From Schizosaccharomyces osmophilus (taxonomy: Eukaryota): DNA of 64,000 nt. The stretch's first letter is position 1. Every line of letters starts with the position of its first letter. The stretch lies in NCBI RefSeq assembly GCF_027921745.1, contig NC_079239.1, forward strand, positions 2,790,001 through 2,854,000, written 5' to 3'. The notes below the pieces were generated by a model that searched no databases, was not told the DNA's origin, and worked only from the letters and a program-made list of their open reading frames with translations. This document shows, piece after piece, positions 53,364 to 64,000 of this stretch. The translations under genes were made by a program, and so were the position numbers.

Positions 53364-56300
53364 ATGACAATTCCCTTAGAACGAACGTCCATAGCCAGCT
53401 CAAATCTAGACATATCTACCACAAGGACTGGTGCTCATAATATTCTGGACTATCTGAAACAAGCTATTAGTATTACATGTTCAATAGATCAAGAAGTAAC
53501 GTTTGCTGAAATCTCGAAATGTGAAGAGTTTACAGATGCTTTTGCTTGTTTTCTGCAAGATTCAGACCAACTGTATCTGTACTTATTTGGTGTTTTAAGC
53601 TCATCACCTTCGGAAGCTGGCTTGCATGATCTAAAAATCGACAACTGGATCTTTCATATTGACTACAACTATACGGTGAAATCAGATTCTGATGTTGTTC
53701 TCGTTTTTCTCAAGCAAACAAAATATATGGATCTCACGGCTCATCTACAAAAGCAGTTGGTTTTTGCTCACCTGCCTTTATCTGCTCGCCATAATGACAA
53801 TCCTTTTAATTCCTCTATTAACACCGTTCATAGTTACGTGAAATATGTTTTAGAGCCGTTTTTTGTCAATTGTGCCAAAGAGACGCCTGAAAAAACAACC
53901 AATACTTTACCAAATTATAATTTACAATTAAGTAACACAAAGAAGGTTTTTACTGAGCTTGAACTCTCCCTTGCCAACCTTCAAACTGATCGCTCAGTTC
54001 CCCATGTGATACTATACATACATCCTGTTATAAAGGAAGCTATCCATCAGTCCGAAATTGAAGATGCAGATCTCTCTGTCCATTGCATTTCTTCCGATAC
54101 TTTATCAAACCCAAAATTTTTGAATTCGTTAAACGTAACCGTTCATTCTTGGATCAACAACATAAACCAACTTGTAGAGACTTCTCAAACGAAAGAACAA
54201 GGGTCAACCTCACAGGAAATTAGGTTTTGGCATTCGTTGTGTCTATCATATAACGAAGTATATAAACAATTGACGGGCCTACCGGTCAAGTTCACCTTGG
54301 AGGTATTGAATTTTGCTAAGCGTTTCCATACAACTGCTTCTTTTTTGAACAACACTAACTTACGCGCACAATCGGACACAGCAAACAGAGTTGCCAGTTT
54401 TTTGGTAGATATTCCTTTATCCTCGATTCAAGGCGCATCTTCTCTGGATTCTCTTCATACAGCCATAATGTCAGTACATACTTATTTCATGAAACGATGG
54501 AAAAGTTCGTCTTATCCATTGTCGCGCACTATCACTTTTTTGAACTGCCTTGCTGATGATTTTGGTTCGAAGCTTACAGAAATACTAGACTCTGACTATT
54601 TGTTGGCTATGTCTTTTACAGACTTTCAGCACAATTTATCTATTGCTTTGAATGTGTTGACGACGTGGGACTCTAATAACAAGGAATTTTTACTATTAGT
54701 AAAACATACCCTCTCTAAGCGGAAAGAAGCTTACGGAGCTATCTGCTTGAACGAAAAACCAAAGTTTTTGTCGAAACGACTACTGTCCATGCTACTTGTA
54801 AGAGAAACCCATGAAAGTTTAACGGTTACGCTTTCATCTCTTTCATCTTCCGATCAAGATGGTGTAGAGCTTTTCGAAACTGTTTCTGACTCTCAGTTTT
54901 CTTCGTCTCTAGATTTATTCCGAAATGTCGATGTTCTGGATATCACTGAAGATGGAAGAAGGAAGTGGAATCTGCAAGAGTCAAAATTCGGTGATGTACT
55001 TTCACAATTTGACAGTCAATTTATATTTTTTATAAAGGAAAAATTTAGGTCTTGTGAAAATACTACCCACTTGATTTCAACGTTTTTAAAGTATAACACT
55101 TTGCTAATGCGTCCGAAGATAAGAAATGCAGTTCGGGAATATCATTTGCAGCTTATAAACGGTGTAAGCCATGATGTGGTCACCTTAAAGTCTCGTTTTA
55201 CCGACGTTACTTCCGACTTGGAACTCTTCGCTATGCACCAACTTCGCGATATTCCTCCCGTTTCAGGTGCTATCATGTGGTCTAGCCAGGTAACTCGAAG
55301 ATTACAGAAATACTCTACTCAACTTGATATAATTTTGGGTAATGATTTGGCGACCTACAATGAAGGAACAAAGCTAAAATCAGAAGCTCAATCACTGCAG
55401 AAAAGGCTTAATCCTCTTGTCATTTATAAAAACTGGTTAAATAGTTTGTCCTTAGATGTGTTTGATTTTACTACTCCTATCTTTAAAATTATTCCCGTAA
55501 CGGAACTGAATTGTTTGGAGATTTCGGTTACTCTGGACTCACAGCTAATGATGTTAATAAAGGAGTTCAGGACTCTTTCATCAATGGGGTATGAAGTTCC
55601 CGAGCGTTTCTCAAAAATAATATCTAATTCCCAAAAACTACAGTCCATTGCTGCTAATCTCTCGAGCTCAGCCAAACTCTATAATCAGTCAGCTAAGGTT
55701 GTTGAAACTTCATCGGTTCAAAAGTACCTGCTTACCGAGGTAGAAAACAAAATTCAGAGTCATATATCTGAAAATTTGTTTTTAACATGGGAAGACTTTT
55801 TAAACGATCAGACTCGACAAAGTGAAAAAGAATCGGGAAACAATTGTACAGATATTTCTGGTCCGCATGCATTTATTTATCAATTAAATTCCCTAATCAA
55901 CATATATTGCTCTAAATATGAATCGGTTGTGCGTACTTGTTCCGAAATAGATAGCAACTTAATACGGCTCGAAAATGATGAGTATGTGTATGAATCTTTC
56001 CTTGGTTTATTAAAGGAAATTCAAGTGATAGTTGATCGTTTATATGTTGATGGATATTCTAACCTTCATAAGGTTGTGCTAATTATTAACGAAAGGATCC
56101 AGAATATTTTAATTATAAAATTAAAAAGGATATTTGATAATCTTTCCCTGTTACTAAAAACAACTGATGATAACCACATCACTAACTTAGTTACTTCAAG
56201 TCTTTCAATGAAAAGATTGTTAGATAAAAGTTTGATTTTGCAGCCGATTTCTTTGACATCGAAAAATGGTGCTATATTACTTGAGCCTTCCCTTCAAGGT

Positions 56301-59300
56301 ATATTAACTTCGATATTTGACATGATAAATTACCTCTTTTCATCAGTTAAAAACCTTCCTGCTATCTATTTACGTGGTTATCCTACCAGTGGAGGGGTGT
56401 CTGAGTCAAAATCCGCAATTTTTATAAAAACTCTACAAGCTTTGGATGCTGAAGTGGTGAATTTATTGAATGTATGCTCAAATGCGCTTGTTGATATTAA
56501 GAGGTACATTACTCCTTTAGAACGATATCAAGTTTTTGATACTCGACTTTTGGATAAGTTCTCGACTGTCTCTTTACAGCAGAATGATTTTTTTCAGCTC
56601 ATTCAATATCTTGCATACACGAAAAGGACCCTCAGTGAAATAGATGATGAGGTTAGATTTGGGTTATTTAAAGTAGACCTTGTGCCATTTAGAAGCCGCA
56701 CGACTTACTCTCTTTCTAAATGGATGGAGTTCTACTTTGAGCTATTTTCACAAGAATTATTTGATTCTGTACAAAATTTCCGACAGAGTCTTTCTCACTA
56801 TAAGGATTCGTTACGTAGTATTAAATTAGGTGATTGGAAATCAGTCAAAGAAGCAAATGAGTCTGCCTCGAACTTGGAAATTTCTTTGAATTTTAAGAAG
56901 ACGGCGCTAACACTGTTAGAACTAGTGAGGTCGACTGAAAATATTTTCAAAGACACAAATTATCGTCTTTGTAGTGGTTGGACTCCTTATGAGCTAATGT
57001 TACATGAAATAGATCCTTATTTTATTGCATTGGATGAAGTAAATGTTTATTATACTAAAAATAAAAGCAAGTTGATTGAATTTACTCAAAACTCAAGTGG
57101 TGATCTAAGAATCAAATTGGCTTTGTTCTTCTCCAATTGGGATTTAGAGAAAACTCGTTTGCATGAACTTGACCTCGAAACGTTTTCAGCTGTTCTGGAA
57201 AACTATTCAAAGGATTTTAATTTTATAATCGAGCTCTTGGGGGACCAATGCCAACTAGAAAAATCGCTAAGGATTCCTACCAGTGAATTTAGCGATACTT
57301 CTAAATGTTTTAACGAAATTCTCTCATATAAAGAATTGTTATTTCTTATTTCGGAAAATGTAAAAGTTTTGCAAGTATACGAGGAAACTCCCTGGTTGCT
57401 TTTAGATTGTCAAGTTTTCGAGAAAGAACTGACCGATCAAACGAAGGAACTGGATAAATGTCCGTCGAATATAAAATCTTTGGTGCCTTATGCTAAACTT
57501 AATACAAAAATAGCCGAAATTTTATACGTTATGCCTTTGCTACGTGAATTGAAAAGTAGTCATGTCGAGAAAAAACATTGGCAAAGGTTATTATCAGCTA
57601 TAGGAATCGTACAAAACAATTCTTGTGAGAGTTGGAAATTAAAGGATGTATTGGGACTCAAGTTGGCCTCACATTTCTCTTTGGTTAAGGACGTGATAAA
57701 GGAAGCTTCCGAAGAAGCAACTATTCGGAATTTATTGCAATCAATCTGCATGAGCTCTGAAAGTTATGAATTTCAATTTCTCCTTTACGATAACAGAACA
57801 TACCTATTGAAAGATAGCGATAAACTATTATCCGACTGCGAAGAATGGATTGATCAGCTGAGCTCTATTAAATTATCTGAAAGTTATAGTCAGGTAAAAG
57901 GTTTAACTGATGATTTAACTGACAAACTAATTGACTTGCTTGATTTCCTTAATATTTGGGTGGACGTCCAGCAACATTGGACGTATTTGGACGGCGTTTT
58001 TTCGAAAAACAAGGTATTCCAGTCTTTATTACCTCAAGCTGCTGTTGCTTATTTTAGGTCAACAAAGTCTTATACTCAAGGGATCAACTTACTTCTTTCT
58101 TCAAAGGGAATTGAAGGATTTCATAAGCTGCAATCACCAAAAGACTTCGCTGATACTTTACTTCGTTCCTTAATTGATATCAAAAAATTGTTGATAGAAT
58201 ACTTTGAAAGTGAAAGATTAAAATTCCCTCGTTTATTTTTCTTAGGTGATGAAGACTTATTGGAGCTTGTCTGTCATATCAACGATGAAGCTATTATGGA
58301 CAAGCATATTGGTACTTTGTTCCCTGGGATAAAAAGGCTCATCATCAGTCAAGAGGATGATACCATTGAAAAACTTGTTACAGATGAACATTTAAGCTTA
58401 GTACTTTCTTCACCAATTAGAATAAAACAAGAATCCGGCTGCTTCGAGTGGGTCAGCTTTATTGAAAAAGATATCAGGAGCGTGCTTCTAAAAACTTTCG
58501 GTGTAGCATATTCTAATTTTAACAAAGATTATGATATTAACAATTTAAATGCTTGGTTCCCTGTCTGGTTGAAGTCATTTCCCAGCCAAATATTGCTACT
58601 TTGCTTTCGTTGTTATGCAAGTCATGCCTTAAAGGAAGGAATCAAAGAGAAGGAACTCACTTGCTTTGATAGTTTGTTAAAACAAGGGATTGAATGGCTA
58701 AGTAAGTACGCAATTGATGAAGAAAATGTGATTTTGCGGAAAAAAGTTTTATTGTTCATCAACGAAAAACTACATTATAGGTCCTTAGTAAAAACGCTTA
58801 TTGACAATAACTATAATGATTATTACTGGTTCCGTGAAATTAAATGTTCTTACCAAATTGACGAACGTGGTAAGCCTTCTATCAATGTTGAAATGTTTTC
58901 GGTTACTTGTCCTTACACGTTTCATTATGTGCAAATTGAGAGTCCTTTCGTTTATACAGAACTAACAAGGGAATGTTTCTCAACTTTGATACATGCCATT
59001 CAGTTGGGCTTCGGGGGTGCTCCATCTGGACCTGCAGGAACAGGAAAAACCGAAACAGTAAAGGCACTTGGTGCTTATTTGGGGCGATATGTTTTTGTAT
59101 TTAACTGTGATGATTCTTTCAATTATAAGGTAATTCGCCGAATACTAACTGGTTTATGCCAGCTGGGTGTCTATGCTTGTTTTGATGAGTTTAACCGATT
59201 GAATCCTGGAACGCTGAGCTCCGTATCCCAAGATATTCAACTAATACAAACGAATTGTAAGAGGGGATCTAAAGCTTTACTACCAATCAATGGCCAATTG

Positions 59301-62300
59301 ATTGAAGCTGACCGAAGCTTTTGTATCTTCATTACGTTAAATCCTAGCTACCAAGGTCGTTCAGAGCTACCATGCAACTTGAAGCGTCTTTTTCGTACTG
59401 TTTGGATGGAAACTCCTGATGCTCTCCAAATCTGTCAAGTACTTCTTTATAGTAATGGCTTTAAAAACTCATCGGACCTTGCAAATATATTAACCTCTTT
59501 CTTCAAAGATTGTGCTAAACAATTTTCCCAAGTGTCATACTATGATTTTGGACTTCGAACTATACGTGCCATCATTAAAGTATCATGTAATTTTCGCCGT
59601 AGTAATTTATTGGAATACGCAAATTTTGGCGACCTTGGATTTATTTATCGAGCAATTCAGACTGTTGTTTTACCAAGGCTTAGTGTTAATGACGCAAAAG
59701 TTTTTGAAGGTCTGAGACAAAAATATTTCAGCACTATCAACACACAAAATAGCGAGTTAACCACTATCATTGGATCACTTGAAGCGGCCTTGAAAGATTC
59801 CAAGTCAATTAATAACCTCACGTACCTTACTCAAAAAGTACTTCAACTTCATCAGCTTTCCGAAGTTTACAGTGGAATCATTATATATGGTTCAAGCGGT
59901 TCAGGTAAAACTAATGTTTGGAAAAGTCTTTTGGATGCTTATAATAGACTACAAATGAATACCGAACACCATGTTATTTCTCCCAAATCTATTGACAAAG
60001 AGTCCCTTTTTGGGACCTTGGACTTGACAACTCACGAATGGGCGGATGGTATATTCACACAGATACTACGTTCAGCTATAGGTTCCAGGAGCCAACACTG
60101 GATTATTTTTGATGACGATATTACGCCTGATTGGGTTGAAGCAATGAACAGCTTGTTGGATGACAACCGCTTTTTAACATTACCTGACGGCCAAAGAATT
60201 CCCCTTTCTGATAGTGTTAGGATTCTTTTTGAAGTTGACAGTATCCAGTCAGCAACAATGGCAACCATCAGTAGATGTGGTATTGTGTATGTTGATGACG
60301 AACCTATCACCAACAATGTTTATATTGAGCCGTTGTTGGGTGAAATAACTTCTGATCAAGGAAACTCGGAAAAGAGAAGTGTGATATGTGAAACTGTAAT
60401 TGAGATTGTTTCCGAGTTACCTATAGACGAACTTTATGAATTTGCCAATAGTTTGTCCCATGTTATGGAATTAGAAAGGTCACGATTTAAAGAAACTCTT
60501 TTGTTATATTTTAAGAAGGAAATTATGAATTCGTCCAGGTTTATTGAGTTTAATTGCTCCTTCAACAAAGCAACCCTGACAGCTTACATGAGAAAGAAAT
60601 TATTACTTTCAATAGCTTGGGCATGTATCGGTGATTCCGATTTAGATTCTCATCGTAAGTTTACAGACTGGATAAAGGAAAACTATGATTTGGGGACTGG
60701 TATTTCTAATACAAGTGAAATGATTTTGGATTTGGACGTTGATGCCGAAACTCAGAACTGGTTAGGTATCAATGAAACTCTTGAGTTTGAAAAGAATAAT
60801 GATGCTCCAGATTTAGGCGCAGTGATAAGGACTACTGAAGTAATTCGCTATGACAAGTTGATTAACGACCTCTTATTAATGAACGGTTGCCTAATTTTTT
60901 GCGGACCTCCCGGTTCAGGTAAGAGTATGACAATGCTTCATTTTTTGAACGATAATGACAATATTGACGTTGCCGTGATGAACTTTTCAGCGTCTACTTC
61001 TGCTTATGCTATTATTCGCTTCTTGGAAAGAAATACTATCTATAGCATACGTGCTAATTCATCTTACGTTGCCCCAAAAAACAATAAAACACTAGCTGTG
61101 TTCTTTGACGAAATCAATTTACCCAAACCAAGCCAGAACGGTGGAAATGACGCTTTATGCTTTCTTAGATGCGTTTTGCACCACAAAGGTTTCTGGCATC
61201 CCAGATTTAAGAAGTGGATAAACATGAAAAGAATTCTTATTTTCGGTGCCTGTAACCCCCCTACTGATTATGGAAGGTCTTCCTTGTCATCCCGTATTCT
61301 CAGAAGCTCAGTAGTTATACAATACGGATATCCAGGTTTCGATTCACTCACTAAGATTTACAAACCCATATGTGATAGAATTCTGAGCTTTGTGGAGTAT
61401 AATCATTCCAGCTCATTAAATGAGAGATTTCTTAATTGCAGTGTGAAGGTTTATGAAAAAATCAAACATACATTTTCTTCAAAGGAATATATTATCCACA
61501 CCTATACACCTAGAGAACTAACGAAATGGTTTGATTGTTTACGAAACATGGTGGAATCAATGAATCAAATTACTTCCGAGCAGTTACTTCAAATATGGTA
61601 CCATGAAGCTTGCCGTGTGTTCATGGATAGATTAAACCATACGGACTTTCAACTTGGTGAATCTATTTTACAGAACTTTTTATATACAGAATATGAAGGA
61701 GTGAACTTTAAGGAGTTCACTAACTACTTTACATGTAATTTATTATGTGAAAATTACAGCATAGTTACTTTAAACACTGTGAAGTCGCATCTGCAAGGAT
61801 TTATCGAAAACTTTAGAATTGCTTGCCCAAATTCCCTTTTTTTGCCTACAGAAAAAGGTTGTCTTGATGCTATCCGGATCAGCCGTGTTTTTGCACATAC
61901 CAATAGCCATGCAGTAATTTATGGAGAATATGGATCGAATCAGAAAAGTGTATTAGAACTTGTGAGCTGGAAGCTTGGCTATAAATTGTTAGTTTTCGAT
62001 CCTTGTTTACAGCCAGAGTTCCCAGACTTAATGGAAGAATTAAAAACTATAGTCAAACTTGTCGTTGCTGACGATAATAAACTTTGTCTTGCGATCGATC
62101 ACTTTCAATGCGTTAATTCGGACGTATTTGAGGTTATGAACAATTTGCTTACTGGCTCTGATATAAGCTGCCTGTTTACAGATGAAGAATGGGGAAATCT
62201 TAAAAAGAGCGTAATGCTCCGCCATCTATGTAAATCTGACAGTGAGGTCGTTGAAAAGGTACAGAGTTTGATTTGCCAAAACCTTCATGTGTTTTTTATC

Positions 62301-64000
62301 GTGTATACATCAGGTTACAAAGGTTTAAATGTTTTATCACCTGCCCTAATAAACCGATGTACTACCATTTATTTTCAACCACCTGATAAACTGACCGTTC
62401 AGGAGCTGTTTAGCAACGAGCTTTCCAAATTTCCAGACTTATGTGACGAGTTATATGGAGGATGTCTGGTGAAAGAACATTTACCGAACTTGGTGAGCGT
62501 AATGTCTAGTTTGCACATGCATATGAAAGCTTACTATGAAAAAAGAAAATTTAGCTTGACTATGAGTCCAAATCTTTTATCCGATTTTATCCTGTTATAT
62601 GTAAAACTCTTTAGAAATCTTCGAAGTCGTCTATTCAATGAGAAGGATCATGTCGATATTGGACTAAATAAGCTTAAAGAAACAGCACAACAGATTCTAG
62701 TTCTCAAAACTATGCTATACGAGCAGGAATCTGTGCTTAATGAAAAAACAGATCATGCAAACTCTAGGCTACATAACCTAATGAATGCCAAACAAGAAGT
62801 TGAAGTAAGACAAAAGGAGGTTTTGGAATTAGAACGCAATTTGAGAGGCCAAAATGAAGAAATTGAATCGAAAACTTCGTTGGTTTTGAAAGAACTCTCA
62901 GTTGTTAAACCGGCTATTGATGAAGCTAAGGCTTCCGTCAGTAACATTAAGAAGAGTCATCTATCGGAGTTACGAAGTCTTTCTCACCCGCCCAATGTAG
63001 TCAAGCTAACAATGGAGGCAGTATGTAAGTTACTGGGACATAAAGTTACTTCTTGGAAGTCTGTACAATCTTTGTTGAAACGAGAGGATTTTATTACTAA
63101 TGTCTTGACTTTTGATTCGGAAAAGCAACTAAATCCGTCCCTCAGGAAGCGTCTAGAAAGTGAATATTTTCGCAACTCAACTTTCAAGTATGAGATTGTA
63201 AATAGGGCCAGCAAAGCTTGTGGTCCTTTGTTTCTTTGGATTAGATCTCACTGTAACTATTCGAAAGTCTTGCAAAAAGTAAGTCCGTTGAATGATAATG
63301 TCTCGCAGTTAAAGGCAGAAGGAGAGGAAATGCGGCGCAAAGTTTCAGACGTCAAGTTGATTTCTGAGGAACTGGACAAAGAATTGATGGGGATGCAAGA
63401 AAATTACGCTACTTTGATAACTGAAGTGCACACGTTGAAGCTCGAGCTTGCTAACATCCAAGATAAGTTAAAGAGAAGCTTAAAGATTATGGATGATATG
63501 TCCACAGAAAAGGCTTACTGGGAGATTTTTATGAATTCTTTCGAGGAAAAATTATCTGAACTGAGTGGCCATAGTGTTTTGGTTGCCTTTTTGCTAAATT
63601 ATGCTGGTTTATTGGATCCTATTGAGCGCGAAACTGTTGTCCAACATGTGTCTTCCGTTTTGGTCCAAGAGGGTCACATTCATAAAAAGCAGAATATAGC
63701 GCACTTCTTGCAGGAACTTTTAAATGATGTGTTGAACGAGACAAAACTTCCTTTCACAGACGATTACTTCATGACAAATATGGCAATAATAAATGAATGT
63801 GTGAGACCGGCATTAGTAATTGATCCCTCTTTTTATGCGTTTGAACCACTAAAAGCTCTCTTTGGAAATTCTACGATTTGCTTAAGCTTGATAAGCAAAA
63901 CTTTCAAGAGTCAATTGAAAGCGGCTTTGAAATTAGGAAAGACTATATTAATAAAGGATGTGGAAAATTGGTGTCCCTTGTTGGATATGCTTATATCTCC
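53364..64000 (+). CDS. dhc1: Cytoplasmic dynein heavy chain (runs off the window end)
   Basis: From ATG 53364, the AAA1 (GGAPSGPAGTGKTETVKALG, ~59013) and AAA3 (CGPPGSGKS, 60900) P-loops are in the same frame as the start. Also present: RLKFPRLFFLGDEDLLEL, CFDEFNRL, HYDFGLR-like segment, AAA2 GSSGSGKT, EWADGIFT, WVEAMNSLLDDNRFLTLPDGQRI and stalk/MTBD (IKKSHLSELRSLSHPP, VNRASKACGPLFLWI). Confidence 0.96.
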   Translation, partial: MTIPLERTSIASSNLDISTTRTGAHNILDYLKQAISITCSIDQEVTFAEISKCEEFTDAFACFLQDSDQLYLYLFGVLSSSPSEAGLHDLKIDNWIFHIDYNYTVKSDSDVVLVFLKQTKYMDLTAHLQKQLVFAHLPLSARHNDNPFNSSINTVHSYVKYVLEPFFVNCAKETPEKTTNTLPNYNLQLSNTKKVFTELELSLANLQTDRSVPHVILYIHPVIKEAIHQSEIEDADLSVHCISSDTLSNPKFLNSLNVTVHSWINNINQLVETSQTKEQGSTSQEIRFWHSLCLSYNEVYKQLTGLPVKFTLEVLNFAKRFHTTASFLNNTNLRAQSDTANRVASFLVDIPLSSIQGASSLDSLHTAIMSVHTYFMKRWKSSSYPLSRTITFLNCLADDFGSKLTEILDSDYLLAMSFTDFQHNLSIALNVLTTWDSNNKEFLLLVKHTLSKRKEAYGAICLNEKPKFLSKRLLSMLLVRETHESLTVTLSSLSSSDQDGVELFETVSDSQFSSSLDLFRNVDVLDITEDGRRKWNLQESKFGDVLSQFDSQFIFFIKEKFRSCENTTHLISTFLKYNTLLMRPKIRNAVREYHLQLINGVSHDVVTLKSRFTDVTSDLELFAMHQLRDIPPVSGAIMWSSQVTRRLQKYSTQLDIILGNDLATYNEGTKLKSEAQSLQKRLNPLVIYKNWLNSLSLDVFDFTTPIFKIIPVTELNCLEISVTLDSQLMMLIKEFRTLSSMGYEVPERFSKIISNSQKLQSIAANLSSSAKLYNQSAKVVETSSVQKYLLTEVENKIQSHISENLFLTWEDFLNDQTRQSEKESGNNCTDISGPHAFIYQLNSLINIYCSKYESVVRTCSEIDSNLIRLENDEYVYESFLGLLKEIQVIVDRLYVDGYSNLHKVVLIINERIQNILIIKLKRIFDNLSLLLKTTDDNHITNLVTSSLSMKRLLDKSLILQPISLTSKNGAILLEPSLQGILTSIFDMINYLFSSVKNLPAIYLRGYPTSGGVSESKSAIFIKTLQALDAEVVNLLNVCSNALVDIKRYITPLERYQVFDTRLLDKFSTVSLQQNDFFQLIQYLAYTKRTLSEIDDEVRFGLFKVDLVPFRSRTTYSLSKWMEFYFELFSQELFDSVQNFRQSLSHYKDSLRSIKLGDWKSVKEANESASNLEISLNFKKTALTLLELVRSTENIFKDTNYRLCSGWTPYELMLHEIDPYFIALDEVNVYYTKNKSKLIEFTQNSSGDLRIKLALFFSNWDLEKTRLHELDLETFSAVLENYSKDFNFIIELLGDQCQLEKSLRIPTSEFSDTSKCFNEILSYKELLFLISENVKVLQVYEETPWLLLDCQVFEKELTDQTKELDKCPSNIKSLVPYAKLNTKIAEILYVMPLLRELKSSHVEKKHWQRLLSAIGIVQNNSCESWKLKDVLGLKLASHFSLVKDVIKEASEEATIRNLLQSICMSSESYEFQFLLYDNRTYLLKDSDKLLSDCEEWIDQLSSIKLSESYSQVKGLTDDLTDKLIDLLDFLNIWVDVQQHWTYLDGVFSKNKVFQSLLPQAAVAYFRSTKSYTQGINLLLSSKGIEGFHKLQSPKDFADTLLRSLIDIKKLLIEYFESERLKFPRLFFLGDEDLLELVCHINDEAIMDKHIGTLFPGIKRLIISQEDDTIEKLVTDEHLSLVLSSPIRIKQESGCFEWVSFIEKDIRSVLLKTFGVAYSNFNKDYDINNLNAWFPVWLKSFPSQILLLCFRCYASHALKEGIKEKELTCFDSLLKQGIEWLSKYAIDEENVILRKKVLLFINEKLHYRSLVKTLIDNNYNDYYWFREIKCSYQIDERGKPSINVEMFSVTCPYTFHYVQIESPFVYTELTRECFSTLIHAIQLGFGGAPSGPAGTGKTETVKALGAYLGRYVFVFNCDDSFNYKVIRRILTGLCQLGVYACFDEFNRLNPGTLSSVSQDIQLIQTNCKRGSKALLPINGQLIEADRSFCIFITLNPSYQGRSELPCNLKRLFRTVWMETPDALQICQVLLYSNGFKNSSDLANILTSFFKDCAKQFSQVSYYDFGLRTIRAIIKVSCNFRRSNLLEYANFGDLGFIYRAIQTVVLPRLSVNDAKVFEGLRQKYFSTINTQNSELTTIIGSLEAALKDSKSINNLTYLTQKVLQLHQLSEVYSGIIIYGSSGSGKTNVWKSLLDAYNRLQMNTEHHVISPKSIDKESLFGTLDLTTHEWADGIFTQILRSAIGSRSQHWIIFDDDITPDWVEAMNSLLDDNRFLTLPDGQRIPLSDSVRILFEVDSIQSATMATISRCGIVYVDDEPITNNVYIEPLLGEITSDQGNSEKRSVICETVIEIVSELPIDELYEFANSLSHVMELERSRFKETLLLYFKKEIMNSSRFIEFNCSFNKATLTAYMRKKLLLSIAWACIGDSDLDSHRKFTDWIKENYDLGTGISNTSEMILDLDVDAETQNWLGINETLEFEKNNDAPDLGAVIRTTEVIRYDKLINDLLLMNGCLIFCGPPGSGKSMTMLHFLNDNDNIDVAVMNFSASTSAYAIIRFLERNTIYSIRANSSYVAPKNNKTLAVFFDEINLPKPSQNGGNDALCFLRCVLHHKGFWHPRFKKWINMKRILIFGACNPPTDYGRSSLSSRILRSSVVIQYGYPGFDSLTKIYKPICDRILSFVEYNHSSSLNERFLNCSVKVYEKIKHTFSSKEYIIHTYTPRELTKWFDCLRNMVESMNQITSEQLLQIWYHEACRVFMDRLNHTDFQLGESILQNFLYTEYEGVNFKEFTNYFTCNLLCENYSIVTLNTVKSHLQGFIENFRIACPNSLFLPTEKGCLDAIRISRVFAHTNSHAVIYGEYGSNQKSVLELVSWKLGYKLLVFDPCLQPEFPDLMEELKTIVKLVVADDNKLCLAIDHFQCVNSDVFEVMNNLLTGSDISCLFTDEEWGNLKKSVMLRHLCKSDSEVVEKVQSLICQNLHVFFIVYTSGYKGLNVLSPALINRCTTIYFQPPDKLTVQELFSNELSKFPDLCDELYGGCLVKEHLPNLVSVMSSLHMHMKAYYEKRKFSLTMSPNLLSDFILLYVKLFRNLRSRLFNEKDHVDIGLNKLKETAQQILVLKTMLYEQESVLNEKTDHANSRLHNLMNAKQEVEVRQKEVLELERNLRGQNEEIESKTSLVLKELSVVKPAIDEAKASVSNIKKSHLSELRSLSHPPNVVKLTMEAVCKLLGHKVTSWKSVQSLLKREDFITNVLTFDSEKQLNPSLRKRLESEYFRNSTFKYEIVNRASKACGPLFLWIRSHCNYSKVLQKVSPLNDNVSQLKAEGEEMRRKVSDVKLISEELDKELMGMQENYATLITEVHTLKLELANIQDKLKRSLKIMDDMSTEKAYWEIFMNSFEEKLSELSGHSVLVAFLLNYAGLLDPIERETVVQHVSSVLVQEGHIHKKQNIAHFLQELLNDVLNETKLPFTDDYFMTNMAIINECVRPALVIDPSFYAFEPLKALFGNSTICLSLISKTFKSQLKAALKLGKTILIKDVENWCPLLDMLIS

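Noticed and set aside
53133..53367. Two hydrophobic ORFs upstream of dhc1
   Set aside because: They arise from a T-rich promoter/leader, overlap in different frames and match no recognisable family.

Overview
Eukaryotic, AT-rich, intron-containing DNA from a fission yeast (Schizosaccharomyces). The 5S-associated wtf/wag cassette points to the S. octosporus/S. osmophilus/S. cryophilus side of the genus rather than S. pombe; the exact species cannot be fixed from sequence alone. Two blocks of conserved genes flank an accessory island at about 25-41 kb. The left block holds rhp41, gid8, a tea5/ppk2-like gene, RNase H2-C, mug157, ppr5, a CENP-B homologue, pdx3, spe1, ade2 and iec1. The right block holds a UPF0662 gene, an Lst4/FNIP-like gene, dml1, erv14, an Arc1-like gene, an RnpA-like gene, deoxyhypusine hydroxylase and dhc1. 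The island contains (i) a 5S rDNA-wag-wtf-5S rDNA cassette with an intact 5-exon poison/antidote-type wtf meiotic driver gene, (ii) an intact 520-aa ORF encoding only the breakage-reunion (GyrA-equivalent) half of topoisomerase II, with a remodelled active site and DNA-binding face, (iii) a small FLEX-preceded orphan ORF, (iv) por1 and a small basic gene, and (v) two pseudogenes (xan1-like and a multi-pass membrane protein). The most novel-looking items are the half-Top2 paralogue, the nuclear-encoded bacterial RnpA-like protein (candidate mitochondrial RNase P protein), and Wtf-antidote-like motifs in the wag protein. Orthologue names rest on my recognition of motifs and recalled S. pombe gene order, not on database searches.
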